Of a DNA stretch of 64,000 nt, positions 40,386 to 49,131 are shown one piece after another. The DNA is taken from NCBI GenBank assembly GCA_027623195.1, contig JAQBUT010000003.1, positions 32,001-96,000 on the forward strand, in the 5' to 3' direction. This DNA is from Chloroflexota bacterium. GTDB taxonomy: Bacteria; Chloroflexota; Dehalococcoidia; Lucifugimonadales; JADFKI01. The notes beneath the pieces are model-generated. The model was given only the letters and a program-made list of their open reading frames with translations, was not told the DNA's origin and searched no databases. A program made the position numbers and the translations under genes. The first letter of the stretch is position 1; each line of letters opens with the position of its first letter.

Positions 40386-42095
40386 ATGACCGTTTCAGCA
40401 GACAGGCTAACCTTCAAAAACGTAGACGGCGGGGAACAGGTGCTGACGCCCGAGTTTTTTGAATTGGTTGTGACTGCTCATGATAAGTTCTCGGCCAGGG
40501 TCCACGAAATCCGAGCCAAGCGTGAAGCCATGCTGGAACGGGCCGTGAAACATGGCATCATGCCCGATTTCCTTCCACCGTCGGAGGCCACAACCGGTGA
40601 CTGGAAAGTGCCTCCGGTGCCGGCAGAGCTACTTCAGCCCGGCATCGAGATTTCCGGCCCTGTATCCATTGCCAACATGGCGATCAACGCCGTAAATCCT
40701 GGCCCGGAGGGCGAGAGGGCGGCCGGATACTTGGATGACGATGAGGACTCGGGCGGGCACTCCCTGGCAGACACGGTCAGTGCAGCCATTAACCGGCTGG
40801 GCATCACTGAGGGTACCCTTACATTCCACAACGCGGAGCGTGACCGAACGTATTCGTTGCAAGAAGGCGATAAGCCCTTCTTCATGCACCGTGAGCGCGG
40901 CCTGCACCTGGATGAGGCCGACTTTCTGGTAGATGGTAGACCGATCTCCGCCACTATCCTGGGCATGTCGTTAACCTTTGCATACGTGGGCAAGGCCCAG
41001 ATCAAGCGTGGGCAGGGCCTGTATTTCTATTTGCCCAAGACGGAGATCGTGGAGGAGGCCGAGTTCTACCGCGACTTCTTCGACTTCTGCAAGGAATACC
41101 TGCACTACCCGGAAGACGCCGTGATTCGCGCCATATTTCTTGTGGAGTCCCTTCCAATCGTCTACATCATGGAAGAGATGCTCTTCGCGTTGGGTCCTTA
41201 TGCTGCCGGTCTGAACGCTGCCCGGTGGGACCTGAAGGCCAGCGTCCTGGAGTACATCATGGCCAACCAGGAGCTGGTTTGGCCGGACCGCTTCGGTGTG
41301 GATATCAAGACCACACCGTTCATAAGCAGTATCTTCCGCAGATTGGTGGCGGTTTGCCTCAAGCATGGTGCTGTGCCTATCGGCGGGATGGCCACGGCAT
41401 TGCCCAGTCGTGATGACGAGGTTAACAAGGCCGCTGCCGCTTCTATTCACGGTGACAAGGAGTGGGAGGCGCAGCAGGGATTCCTCCGAGGTTGGGTGGC
41501 TCATATCTTCCACATGAAGACCGCCGGGGACCCGTTTAAGGAATTGCAGGCCACCGACTGGAAGCCAGCCGACGAAATGTATGTCCCCGAGAACTTCCCT
41601 GTGGCCATCGAGGCCCCGGATGGCCCGACGACGTTGGCGGGAACCCACCGCAACGCCAGGATGATCGTCGAGTACGTGGATGGATGGTTGGGTGGTCACG
41701 GAGCCAAGGGCATCGACAGCCTTGAAGGCCAGCCTGGTATTCACCCTGCTCTCATGGAGGACCTGGCAACTGGGCGCATATCCGTGGCCCAGACGGCCCA
41801 ACGCATCATCCACGGCGTCGTGACTGAAGATACCGAACAGAAGCACGACCTGGCCCTGGTAAAACAGGTGTTGCAGGAAGAGCTTGACGACATCCTGAAA
41901 TTTCGTAAGGCCGATGTCCCGATAGGCGACTCAACGGCAGAGGCCGCTTACCGAGAGCAGGAGGAGCGCTACCGGAAGGCTTTTAAGGTATCTCTGCGTT
42001 GGATAAAGAACTACGTGGACTTCGACTTCCGCAGCCTCGGCACCTACACCCACCCCGACTTTGACCGCATCGCAACAGAGTCCGACGCCTTTTAA
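40386..42095 (+). CDS. divergent malate synthase-family protein
   Basis: EISGP, DDEDS, R.RGLH, YFYLPK, LVESLP, GLNAARWD, IGGMA, DK.WEA..G..GWVAH, LMEDLAT; start taken at MTVSAD. Confidence 0.82.
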   Translation: MTVSADRLTFKNVDGGEQVLTPEFFELVVTAHDKFSARVHEIRAKREAMLERAVKHGIMPDFLPPSEATTGDWKVPPVPAELLQPGIEISGPVSIANMAINAVNPGPEGERAAGYLDDDEDSGGHSLADTVSAAINRLGITEGTLTFHNAERDRTYSLQEGDKPFFMHRERGLHLDEADFLVDGRPISATILGMSLTFAYVGKAQIKRGQGLYFYLPKTEIVEEAEFYRDFFDFCKEYLHYPEDAVIRAIFLVESLPIVYIMEEMLFALGPYAAGLNAARWDLKASVLEYIMANQELVWPDRFGVDIKTTPFISSIFRRLVAVCLKHGAVPIGGMATALPSRDDEVNKAAAASIHGDKEWEAQQGFLRGWVAHIFHMKTAGDPFKELQATDWKPADEMYVPENFPVAIEAPDGPTTLAGTHRNARMIVEYVDGWLGGHGAKGIDSLEGQPGIHPALMEDLATGRISVAQTAQRIIHGVVTEDTEQKHDLALVKQVLQEELDDILKFRKADVPIGDSTAEAAYREQEERYRKAFKVSLRWIKNYVDFDFRSLGTYTHPDFDRIATESDAF

Positions 42096-42173
42096 TCGCG
42101 CCAACGTCGCAGGTTCATCCTGAGCTTAACTAAGGATAGGCTTTAGGGCGGCGACGCACCCAAGGATATATTT

Positions 42174-42210
42174 ACAAACAGGGGCAGGTTAAACGCCTGC
42201 CCCTGTTTGT
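42174..42210. terminator. intrinsic terminator-like hairpin
   Basis: Perfect 15 bp stem ACAAACAGGGGCAGG / CCTGCCCCTGTTTGT. Confidence 0.75.
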
Positions 42211-42341
42211 TATCCCAAAATCACCCGACAACTCAAAAACTGCTTGTCAGATTTGGGCGTCTGCTACAATATATGGATAAATCAGGGGTTTGACAGAGAT
42301 ATAGCGGGCTTTTATGGCAGGCACCCCACAAAAGAGCGCGA

Positions 42342-42509
42342 CTGATTGCGGATGAGTCTAAACGGTACGCACCGAGGTTGGATGGCGGCTCCACTCGGTT
42401 CGTCAAACCGAATTTGGGCAATCGACTGGGTATAGCAATAGTAGTCCTGACGCTGGCGGCCCCCGTATTCGCGTTAGTCACTACACCCGGCCCGGCTGGC
42501 TCGTCTTAA
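42342..42509 (+). CDS. small membrane protein, paralog 1 (start unclear)
   Basis: Manual translation ...ADESKRYAPRLDGGSTRFVKPNLGNRLGIAIVVLTLAAPVFALVTTPGPAGSS*; similar to the next ORF. Confidence 0.5.
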   Translation: MIADESKRYAPRLDGGSTRFVKPNLGNRLGIAIVVLTLAAPVFALVTTPGPAGSS

Positions 42510-42524
42510 GCAAAGGAGACTTCA

Positions 42525-42732
42525 ATGTTTTCGCCATTCGACCCCCAACAGTTCGATGCGACAGGTGTCCGACCAGATGAGAGGCATGCGTATCGATGCG
42601 GCGGGCAGTCGCCATCGTCCAGTGATGTTGCGATTTACGAGTACACGTCTGTGGATGGTCGTAGTCGTCGTTATCCTGGTTGGGGCCATATTCATGCTAT
42701 TCACCACGCCCGGCCTCGCAGGCTCGCCGTAA
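42525..42732 (+). CDS. small membrane protein, paralog 2 (possible +1 frameshift)
   Basis: AAGGAG RBS and ATG 42525 (MFSPFDPQQF), but the TM-coding frame is 42556-42732: MRQVSDQMRGMRIDAAGS...RLWMVVVVVILVGAIFMLFTTPGLAGSP*. Confidence 0.5.
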
Positions 42733-42747
42733 AGGGGAGAAAAAGCG

Positions 42748-42960
42748 ATGAACTTTGGAAACGACCCAGGCCGGCTGCAAGACTACGAATTTCGGGCTAT
42801 GGACTACCAGCGACGGTCAACCGGGGACTACTACAGCGGGAACCTCGCAAATCATGTGCTACGCTCATTCTGGGGTAAGCTGTGGCGAATTGCCCTGGCC
42901 CTTGTGGTTATCTTCGTATTCCTATTCCTGCTGCTGTTTGTCGTTACACTGATGGCGTGA
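42748..42960 (+). CDS. small protein with C-terminal TM helix
   Basis: GGGGAG RBS; 70 aa ending in a long hydrophobic stretch. Confidence 0.7.
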   Translation: MNFGNDPGRLQDYEFRAMDYQRRSTGDYYSGNLANHVLRSFWGKLWRIALALVVIFVFLFLLLFVVTLMA

Positions 42961-43005
42961 AATGCAGCCCTGTGGGTTCCGGGACCCTTTCCGAAATGAA
43001 AACAG

Positions 43006-43038
43006 AACGAGGGAGCCATTTGCCAAAGCTCCCTCGTT
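43006..43038. terminator. hairpin between convergent genes
   Basis: AACGAGGGAGC / GCTCCCTCGTT. Confidence 0.6.
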
Positions 43039-43077
43039 AAATTTACAGCCTACCCTTGTGGGCACTTCTCAAATTGA

Positions 43078-43389
43078 TTACTGCATAGAGCTTAGCGGGT
43101 TGACCGTCACGCGGCACATGGGCACGTCGCCGGTGTTTCGGAACTGGTGCTCTCGGCCGGGCGGGACTAGGACGCAGTCGCCCTTCTTGACAGGGTATTC
43201 GGTTCCTTCTACCCAGAGCACACCCGCGCCTTCAGTAATAAAGGCCTGGTGCTCCCAATCGTGCGTGTGCTGAGCGCTGCTGCCTTTGGGCGGATGCTGG
43301 ACGTAGAGCATGACGTAGTTGGGGACGCCGTCGTCCGGCCCAAGAACGGGGTTGCTGTTGCCCTCGAAGTTTTTTATTACAGGTTCCAT
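43078..43389 (-). CDS. cupin domain protein
   Basis: HTHDWEH...EG.G...GD.V.VPPG.EHQFRNTG. Confidence 0.9.
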   Translation of the reverse strand: MEPVIKNFEGNSNPVLGPDDGVPNYVMLYVQHPPKGSSAQHTHDWEHQAFITEGAGVLWVEGTEYPVKKGDCVLVPPGREHQFRNTGDVPMCRVTVNPLSSMQ

Positions 43390-43548
43390 GGCTTCTCCTA
43401 TCGCTTTACTGAGGCAATGTGCCTTGCATGTTGTTCCGGTCCGGAGAGTAGGAGTCTAGAGCGCGGGCCTGCAAAAGCACGACGCTTCAGATTCCTCGTG
43501 TTACCTCCTCGGAATGACAGAAGGGCAAACCTTACACGGTTCGCCTCA

Positions 43549-43884
43549 TTACGCCAGTGGAATCGTAGCAATCACCGCAGGTTGGTCGCCATGAACGCCG
43601 GTGGTGTGACCTTTGCCGGTGGTGTCCTCCACAAGGCGGGCGTCTCCGGCGTGAAATACCTTCTTCGTGCCGTCGCTGAAGCCAATCTCCAACGCTCCCG
43701 AAAGGATGACAACGAACTGCCGACGCGGTGCCGGGTGCCAGTCCGAGAACTTGCCAGCGGGGTCTTCACGGAAGACGATGTGACTTGTGGCCATGTTGGA
43801 GGTCCACTCAGGGGTGTTGGGGAGGGATATCTCTTCCCAGTGCGTCTCCCCGTCGTCGCCTGTATACATTCTGTATGTTCCCAA
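43549..43884 (-). CDS. cupin-like protein
   Basis: YTGDDGETH...WHPAPRRQFVV.LSG...GD..LVEDTTGKGH. Confidence 0.8.
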   Translation of the reverse strand: MGTYRMYTGDDGETHWEEISLPNTPEWTSNMATSHIVFREDPAGKFSDWHPAPRRQFVVILSGALEIGFSDGTKKVFHAGDARLVEDTTGKGHTTGVHGDQPAVIATIPLA

Positions 43885-43917
43885 TTTCGTTAACCTTTCT
43901 TGGCCCTTTTGTTAGGG

Positions 43918-44901
43918 TCAGTCCTCTATATCGTAGGTTTGTGCTATCGCCTGAGGGGCCTCGCCGTTCCACACGCGCGCCATGTTCTCGTAGGCGAACT
44001 GCGCCCGGCGGAACCACGTATTCCAGGTGGTGCCTGCCGTGTGCGGCGTGGCCACAACGTTGTCCATTTTTAATAGAGGGTTGTCAGGACTCACCGGCTC
44101 CTGCTCGAAGACGTCCAGACCCGCCCCAGCGATCTTGCCTTGCTGGAGCGCCTCTATCAGTGCCTGCTCGTCTACCACAGGCCCTCGGCTGGTGTTGACC
44201 AGTACTGCCGAAGGCTTCATCATGGCCAACCGTTCGGCGTTCACGATGTGGTATGTATCGCTGGTCAGCGGGGTGTGGCACGTGATGATGTCGGAGGTCT
44301 TGAACAACTCCTCCAGCGACACCTGCTTTATGTTTAGCTCTTCAGCCTGGTCCTCCGGCATGGGGAACAGGTCGAAGGACTTGACCACCGCGTCGAAGCC
44401 CTGCACGCGCTTGGCCACCTTCTTGCCGATGTTGCCTATGCCCAGAATGCCCACCACCTTGTCGGCCATTTCGAATGTGTTGGTGCCGGTGATTGGCTCG
44501 TTCCAACGCCCTTCGCGGGTTGACTTGTCGCTGGACAATAGCTGCTTGTAAAGGGCCAGCACAAGCAGCACGGTGTGGTCGGCCACTGCGTAGGAGTTTG
44601 CCCCGCCATTGTTGGCGCAGGGCACCTCCAGTTCTCTCATCAGCTTCAGGTTCATCCTGTCGTACCCCGCAGCCAGAAGCTGGACTAGCCGAGCCTTGGG
44701 CGCACCGCGTAGGCCTTCGTCCGTTAACTTGGAGCGGTACACCAGGATGAAGTCGGCGTCCTTGAGTCGTTCGTTTTGCTCGTCTTGGGGCAGGCTGGCA
44801 TCGATCACATCGGTGGTCCAGCCCTCCGGCGTGTAGGGCGTAATCGCGTCCACCACTACCTGGGGCAGACCGCTAAGAAAAGCTACCTTCGCTCCTGCCA
44901 T
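43918..44901 (-). CDS. D-isomer-specific 2-hydroxyacid dehydrogenase
   Basis: GILGIGNIG, H.PLT, VNTSRGPVVDE, GLDVFEQEP, TPHTAG. Confidence 0.93.
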   Translation of the reverse strand: MAGAKVAFLSGLPQVVVDAITPYTPEGWTTDVIDASLPQDEQNERLKDADFILVYRSKLTDEGLRGAPKARLVQLLAAGYDRMNLKLMRELEVPCANNGGANSYAVADHTVLLVLALYKQLLSSDKSTREGRWNEPITGTNTFEMADKVVGILGIGNIGKKVAKRVQGFDAVVKSFDLFPMPEDQAEELNIKQVSLEELFKTSDIITCHTPLTSDTYHIVNAERLAMMKPSAVLVNTSRGPVVDEQALIEALQQGKIAGAGLDVFEQEPVSPDNPLLKMDNVVATPHTAGTTWNTWFRRAQFAYENMARVWNGEAPQAIAQTYDIED

Positions 44902-44946
44902 ATTTTCTCTTTCACTCCCAATGCAATAAGGCTTTCAAGGTAGTGG

Positions 44947-45009
44947 CCTTCGACAGGCTCAGGATGAACGGATTTCTAAAGGATGTTCCTGGTGAGTTTG
45001 TCGAACCAC
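44947..45009. repeat. inverted pair of REP-like elements (family A)
   Basis: CCTTCGACAGGCTCAGGATGAACGG ... GTTCCTGGTGAGTTTGTCGAACCAC. Confidence 0.75.
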
Positions 45010-45062
45010 AGGCCGCTAAATCTACGCTGGTTGTGCCACTTTGCTCTCTCGGCTACCTGAAG

Positions 45063-45755
45063 TTAACTGCCGTACATTGAGCGGACCTGGTCTCTGAGCT
45101 TCTCGACGGTGAAATCTGGGTCCTGGCACACTCTAATCATTTCTTGCTCGCGGTCCTCCACGCGTTTCACGGCTGCCGGTATATCGGCGGCTATGTCCAG
45201 CGGGATACCAACCACACCATGCTGGTCGCCCAAAAGGAGGTCACCCGTATTCACGGTCATGCCGCCTACGGTTACCGGCACGCCAACGTCGATGAGATGA
45301 ACGTAGGCATGAGAAACCAGAACTTCTGAAGCGAAGGCGTTGAAACCTAGCGCCCGCATCTCGTCCAGGTCACGTACACCACCGTCGGTGATGGTGCCGA
45401 CGCAGCCCAACGACTTGTAGATATTGGCTTGAACCTCGCCCCAGAAGGAGCCGACCACGTTCGGATAGTCGATGTCCTTCATGACCAGTATCCGCGGCTC
45501 CGGCACTGACAGCACGGCCTCAATGTGTTCCAGCCTAGAGACATTCATGTTCTTGCTGGGAGGCATCTCCGCACCAATGACTGCGGTGACCGCGTAGCCA
45601 ATCATGTGCGGCATATCGGGGAATATGGACTTGACCTGCGGTAGCATGAAGCCCTGGTTCCGAGGCATAACGTTAAATGTCTCAATGGCGTTGGCGACGG
45701 CGCAAGAGGGTATCTTTCGAAGGGTCTCCAACTGCTCTGCTGTGAGTTCTGCCAT
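45063..45755 (-). CDS. RraA/HMG aldolase family protein
   Basis: GYAVT, WGEV, G.ITDGGVRDL, V.VGGM.V..GDLL.GDQHGVV.IP. Confidence 0.9.
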   Translation of the reverse strand: MAELTAEQLETLRKIPSCAVANAIETFNVMPRNQGFMLPQVKSIFPDMPHMIGYAVTAVIGAEMPPSKNMNVSRLEHIEAVLSVPEPRILVMKDIDYPNVVGSFWGEVQANIYKSLGCVGTITDGGVRDLDEMRALGFNAFASEVLVSHAYVHLIDVGVPVTVGGMTVNTGDLLLGDQHGVVGIPLDIAADIPAAVKRVEDREQEMIRVCQDPDFTVEKLRDQVRSMYGS

Positions 45756-45969
45756 GCTCTCCTCCTAGAGTGATTTTGTTCCGTATTCGTACGGTAATTT
45801 TTCGGAGAAAATGATACCACGGCGGCGGCGAAAGGGCATATTCTATGTACGTCGCAATAAGGCCTGAGCACGAATCCTAGCGACATTTTAAAATGGCGTG
45901 CGACAATCGCTTCGTAAGTCGGGCTCTGGTTTATCCCTTCTCTTCTCTCTTCAAAAAGGAAATTATGAC

Positions 45970-46587
45970 ATGGACGACGCAGCAGCGGTTATCAGGCTAC
46001 AGAGAGACCAGGAAGATGACGCAGTAGCCGTTTTGGCGGAGGCATTTCAGCACGATCCCGTGATGAACTACGTCTTTCATGGGATAGAGTCGGGTGACGA
46101 CGCTCGTTTGCGAGAGCTGTTTCGCTTCTCCTGCCGCGTCCGGTTCGATATTGGCTGGCCGCTAATGGGCGTCCAATCCGACGGGGAACTGCTGGCAGTC
46201 GCCGGTATCGACGAGCCAGGAGAGGCCGAATGGCCACAGTCGTTATCAGACTGCTACCAGGAATTTGCGCGGATCGCCGGTCCGGAAGCTGTCGGGAGAT
46301 TAGGGTCCTACGCCTCGCTGCCGGACAAGCATCGCCCGAAGGAGCCTCACTTCTTCTTGGGAATGATCGGCGTGCACCCCAAAGCGCAGGGGAAAGGATA
46401 CGCAAGGCTTCTGCTGGACTGGTTGCACCGGGCATCAGAAACTCATCCGACCTCTAACGGCGTGGCGCTGGATACGGATAGCGACGTGAACGTGTCCATA
46501 TACGAGCACTTTGGGTACGAGGTGGTTGGTCGCGACGATCTGGTCAGCCTAACGGTGTCGACGATGTACCGGCCCGATTCTCAATAG
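45970..46587 (+). CDS. GNAT family N-acetyltransferase
   Basis: LAEAF..DP, HFFLGMIGVHPKAQGKGYA, L.T....N..IYEHFGY. Confidence 0.88.
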   Translation: MDDAAAVIRLQRDQEDDAVAVLAEAFQHDPVMNYVFHGIESGDDARLRELFRFSCRVRFDIGWPLMGVQSDGELLAVAGIDEPGEAEWPQSLSDCYQEFARIAGPEAVGRLGSYASLPDKHRPKEPHFFLGMIGVHPKAQGKGYARLLLDWLHRASETHPTSNGVALDTDSDVNVSIYEHFGYEVVGRDDLVSLTVSTMYRPDSQ

Positions 46588-46774
46588 CTTGCGCCAACCT
46601 TGTCCCCACTTCTTGCCAACGGCAGCTATGCCGCAACCTCGCCATTACCACACTCGCGACTAACATCGTGCAAACCATCTCCCCGGCATAATGGAGAAGC
46701 CGATAAGCCGATTGTCCAATTATCCGGAAAGTCCTTGGGGTTGGTGCGGTAGTTTGTGTTGAGGTGAGGATTGG

Positions 46775-47368
46775 ATGAAATTCCCTATTCGGGTGGTAAA
46801 ACGCCCAGTCATGCTGGCTGCTGTTCCCCTTCTAGCGGCGGTGGTCGTAGCGCCATTTTGGGCGCCACTAGTTTCCAAAGTTGAGGCGGCGGTATCGACA
46901 CTGTCGGCTCCCAGCGTCACAACAGGCATAGGTTACGCCGTGGATGCGCCTATAACGCTGGACAGCGCGCCCAACGGCATCTCGGGTTATGAGATGACCA
47001 TAACGCTTAGCGATCCTGCTATTGCAACGATAGATAGTGTGGTTGTACCACCTGATTTCGGCCTGACCTACGTCGAGCAGGTCTCGACCTCCCAGGTCAA
47101 AGTGATGGGCGCTGACTTAAGTCAGGCTTTGCAGGGCAACCTCAGCGGAGTCAACCTGGTTACGCTGAATTTGACCACTACGAAGCAGGGCCTTAGTGCC
47201 ATCATAATTAGCCTTACTCGTCTGGATGACGACTCCGGCATCCCAATCCTGCCGCAGGTTGTCGACGGCTCGCTGACCGTGAAGAAGCGTTTCTCCGACG
47301 GCAGCGATGGCGGAGGCACCGGGGGCGGTGGTAAAAGTGGTGGCAAGGGCGGCGGACCCGGGAAATAG
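46775..47368 (+). CDS. exported cohesin-like beta-sandwich protein with Gly/Lys-rich tail
   Basis: Signal peptide; PITLDSAPNGISGYEMTI.LSDP..A.I, LVTLNL...G, LDDDSG; tail GGGTGGGGKSGGKGGGPGK. Confidence 0.6.
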   Translation: MKFPIRVVKRPVMLAAVPLLAAVVVAPFWAPLVSKVEAAVSTLSAPSVTTGIGYAVDAPITLDSAPNGISGYEMTITLSDPAIATIDSVVVPPDFGLTYVEQVSTSQVKVMGADLSQALQGNLSGVNLVTLNLTTTKQGLSAIIISLTRLDDDSGIPILPQVVDGSLTVKKRFSDGSDGGGTGGGGKSGGKGGGPGK

Positions 47369-47434
47369 ACCCTTGGTTTTTCATGGATAAAGGGCTCTGC
47401 GGATAATCCAATGGCAGAGCGTATGTCGAAGTGA

Positions 47435-47466
47435 GAAGGGCGTCGGTAGCAATATCGACGCCCTTC
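47435..47466. terminator. hairpin downstream of the cohesin-like gene
   Basis: GAAGGGCGTCGGTA / TATCGACGCCCTTC. Confidence 0.55.
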
Positions 47467-47612
47467 GTTATAGTTGCAGGTTGATCAGCCGTCGGTTCAA
47501 TCCAGCCAATATGGCATGACATTCAATGCCCTCTGGGAAGAAGTGTGGCCGGCAGGCCATCTGAAATCTAATAACTCACTACCAACTACTAATAACTGAT
47601 AACTGGCATCTC

Positions 47613-47933
47613 TTATTCCGGCATTCCGGTGTCGATCCAGCGCTCGATCTCCTGGATCTCGTCTTCCTTTACAAAAGGGCCGCCCATGGGCATTTTGGGA
47701 ATGCTGCCGAACCCTTCCCTTAAGGAAATTACCAGCGCCGTTTCCTTGCCGGGTATTCCCGGCTCTATGAATTTTGTCCCCATTGATGAGTCGCTGGCCA
47801 ACTCAACAGGAGTCTCCCAATAGTATCCGTGGATTCCCGGCAGGCCCTTACGGCCCTTGCTGGTCTCCCACCTGTTCATGATGCCCGCCAGGATCTCCTG
47901 GATGCGGGGCCACCTGACTTCACCATCGATCAT
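47613..47933 (-). CDS. hypothetical protein resembling a cytochrome c C-terminal half, without CxxCH
   Basis: GAGGA RBS; IEPG...ALV..L...MPMGGP...EIQEIERWIDTG. Confidence 0.6.
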   Translation of the reverse strand: MIDGEVRWPRIQEILAGIMNRWETSKGRKGLPGIHGYYWETPVELASDSSMGTKFIEPGIPGKETALVISLREGFGSIPKMPMGGPFVKEDEIQEIERWIDTGMPE

Positions 47934-48068
47934 TGCTGTCCTCGTAGTATAGATTTCCCGTGTTACCGATTCGCCCTCGTTGGTCTTGCCTCGACAGGCG
48001 AGCTTGAAAGGTCTGCGTCATAGGCGCGGTGCGTGTGGGCCACTAGACCCACTATCGCTCAACGGACT

Positions 48069-48881
48069 TTATGCGCGTTCGAAGACGGCTCGAACCCTTG
48101 AATACCGACCCTCTTCGGTGTTGCGCTTGCCTGCCAGCAGTATTGCGGGCAGGTCATCGCCCATCACTAATGCCGGTATGCGCTGCTCCGGCTCAGGTGC
48201 GCCTGACGTTGGCGTATCAGCCGTCACCTCATGCCAGACTCGCTCGCGAAAACCTAAATTCCCTATTAAATTGCGCATCTCATCCTGTGCAAGCAAGAAG
48301 CTATTGCTGCCATCTTGCGACCACATCGCCGGAAAGATAAGTGGTTGAACAGGACCAGCCATGAACTCCTGAAAGACCAATATTCCTCCTGGAAGCAGCA
48401 CTCGATAGAAGCCCTCGTACAGGCCTTCCTTATCGCGTATGTTCATGCCGCTCTGCTGCGTCCACACTACGTCAAAGGCGGCATCATCGAAGGGTAGCTC
48501 CAGTCCATTGCCAACATGGTGCTTTACCTGGTGGCCCAGGCCCATTCGCTCGGTGAGAATCTCAGCCGCTTCAACATATGACTCGGCGAGATCTATCACG
48601 CTCACCTTGCAGCCGTAAAGCGTCGCCAGCGTGCGTGCCGGTCCACCCAGGCCCCCGCCTACGTCCAGTACTCTTGCCCCTTGCGGTATCTTGGCCAGTT
48701 CCGCAAGCTCCTTAGTTTCTCTCAGACCGCCATTGTGAAATTGATCCACCGGCGCCAAGTCTTCTATGGTCAATGCATCCACGTTTTTGCCGGAAGCTTG
48801 CAGGTAATCGAGTATCGTCTGTCCCAGTCCTTCGCGGTTCCAATGGTCCTTTACGACCCGCAATTCCTCTGCATTATCCAT
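48069..48881 (-). CDS. class I SAM-dependent methyltransferase
   Basis: DQFHNGG, VLDVGGGLGGPARTLA, LPFDDAAFDVVW; RBS AAGGA before MDNAEE. Confidence 0.9.
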   Translation of the reverse strand: MDNAEELRVVKDHWNREGLGQTILDYLQASGKNVDALTIEDLAPVDQFHNGGLRETKELAELAKIPQGARVLDVGGGLGGPARTLATLYGCKVSVIDLAESYVEAAEILTERMGLGHQVKHHVGNGLELPFDDAAFDVVWTQQSGMNIRDKEGLYEGFYRVLLPGGILVFQEFMAGPVQPLIFPAMWSQDGSNSFLLAQDEMRNLIGNLGFRERVWHEVTADTPTSGAPEPEQRIPALVMGDDLPAILLAGKRNTEEGRYSRVRAVFERA

Positions 48882-49131
48882 GATTATTCCTTTCCTGCCG
48901 CCAAAGGGCGACCTCGACTTTATGTAGGGCGGTAGCCAAACATTGTCTACTGGCGTGGAGTGAAGCCAATAGTAGCGTTGACCATGTGTAGCGTCAATCC
49001 CGGCCTTGACCCGCCGCGCGTCGAACAACGATAATGTCACCCGTATTTCCCACATCGATTTACGGCTCTGCCTCCCGACGCAATCGGGAACGGACAGGCA
49101 GGAATTGACCAGAGTTGAAAGGAGTATCCGA

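Noticed and set aside
40971..41846. Long antisense ORFs (also 10881-11588, 16769-17452, 39399-40106, 51950-52645 and others)
   Set aside because: Shadows of well-supported genes on the opposite strand, expected from GC-rich codon usage.
46699..46706. GCCGATAA as a sigma28 promoter
   Set aside because: No TAAA -35 element at the proper spacing.
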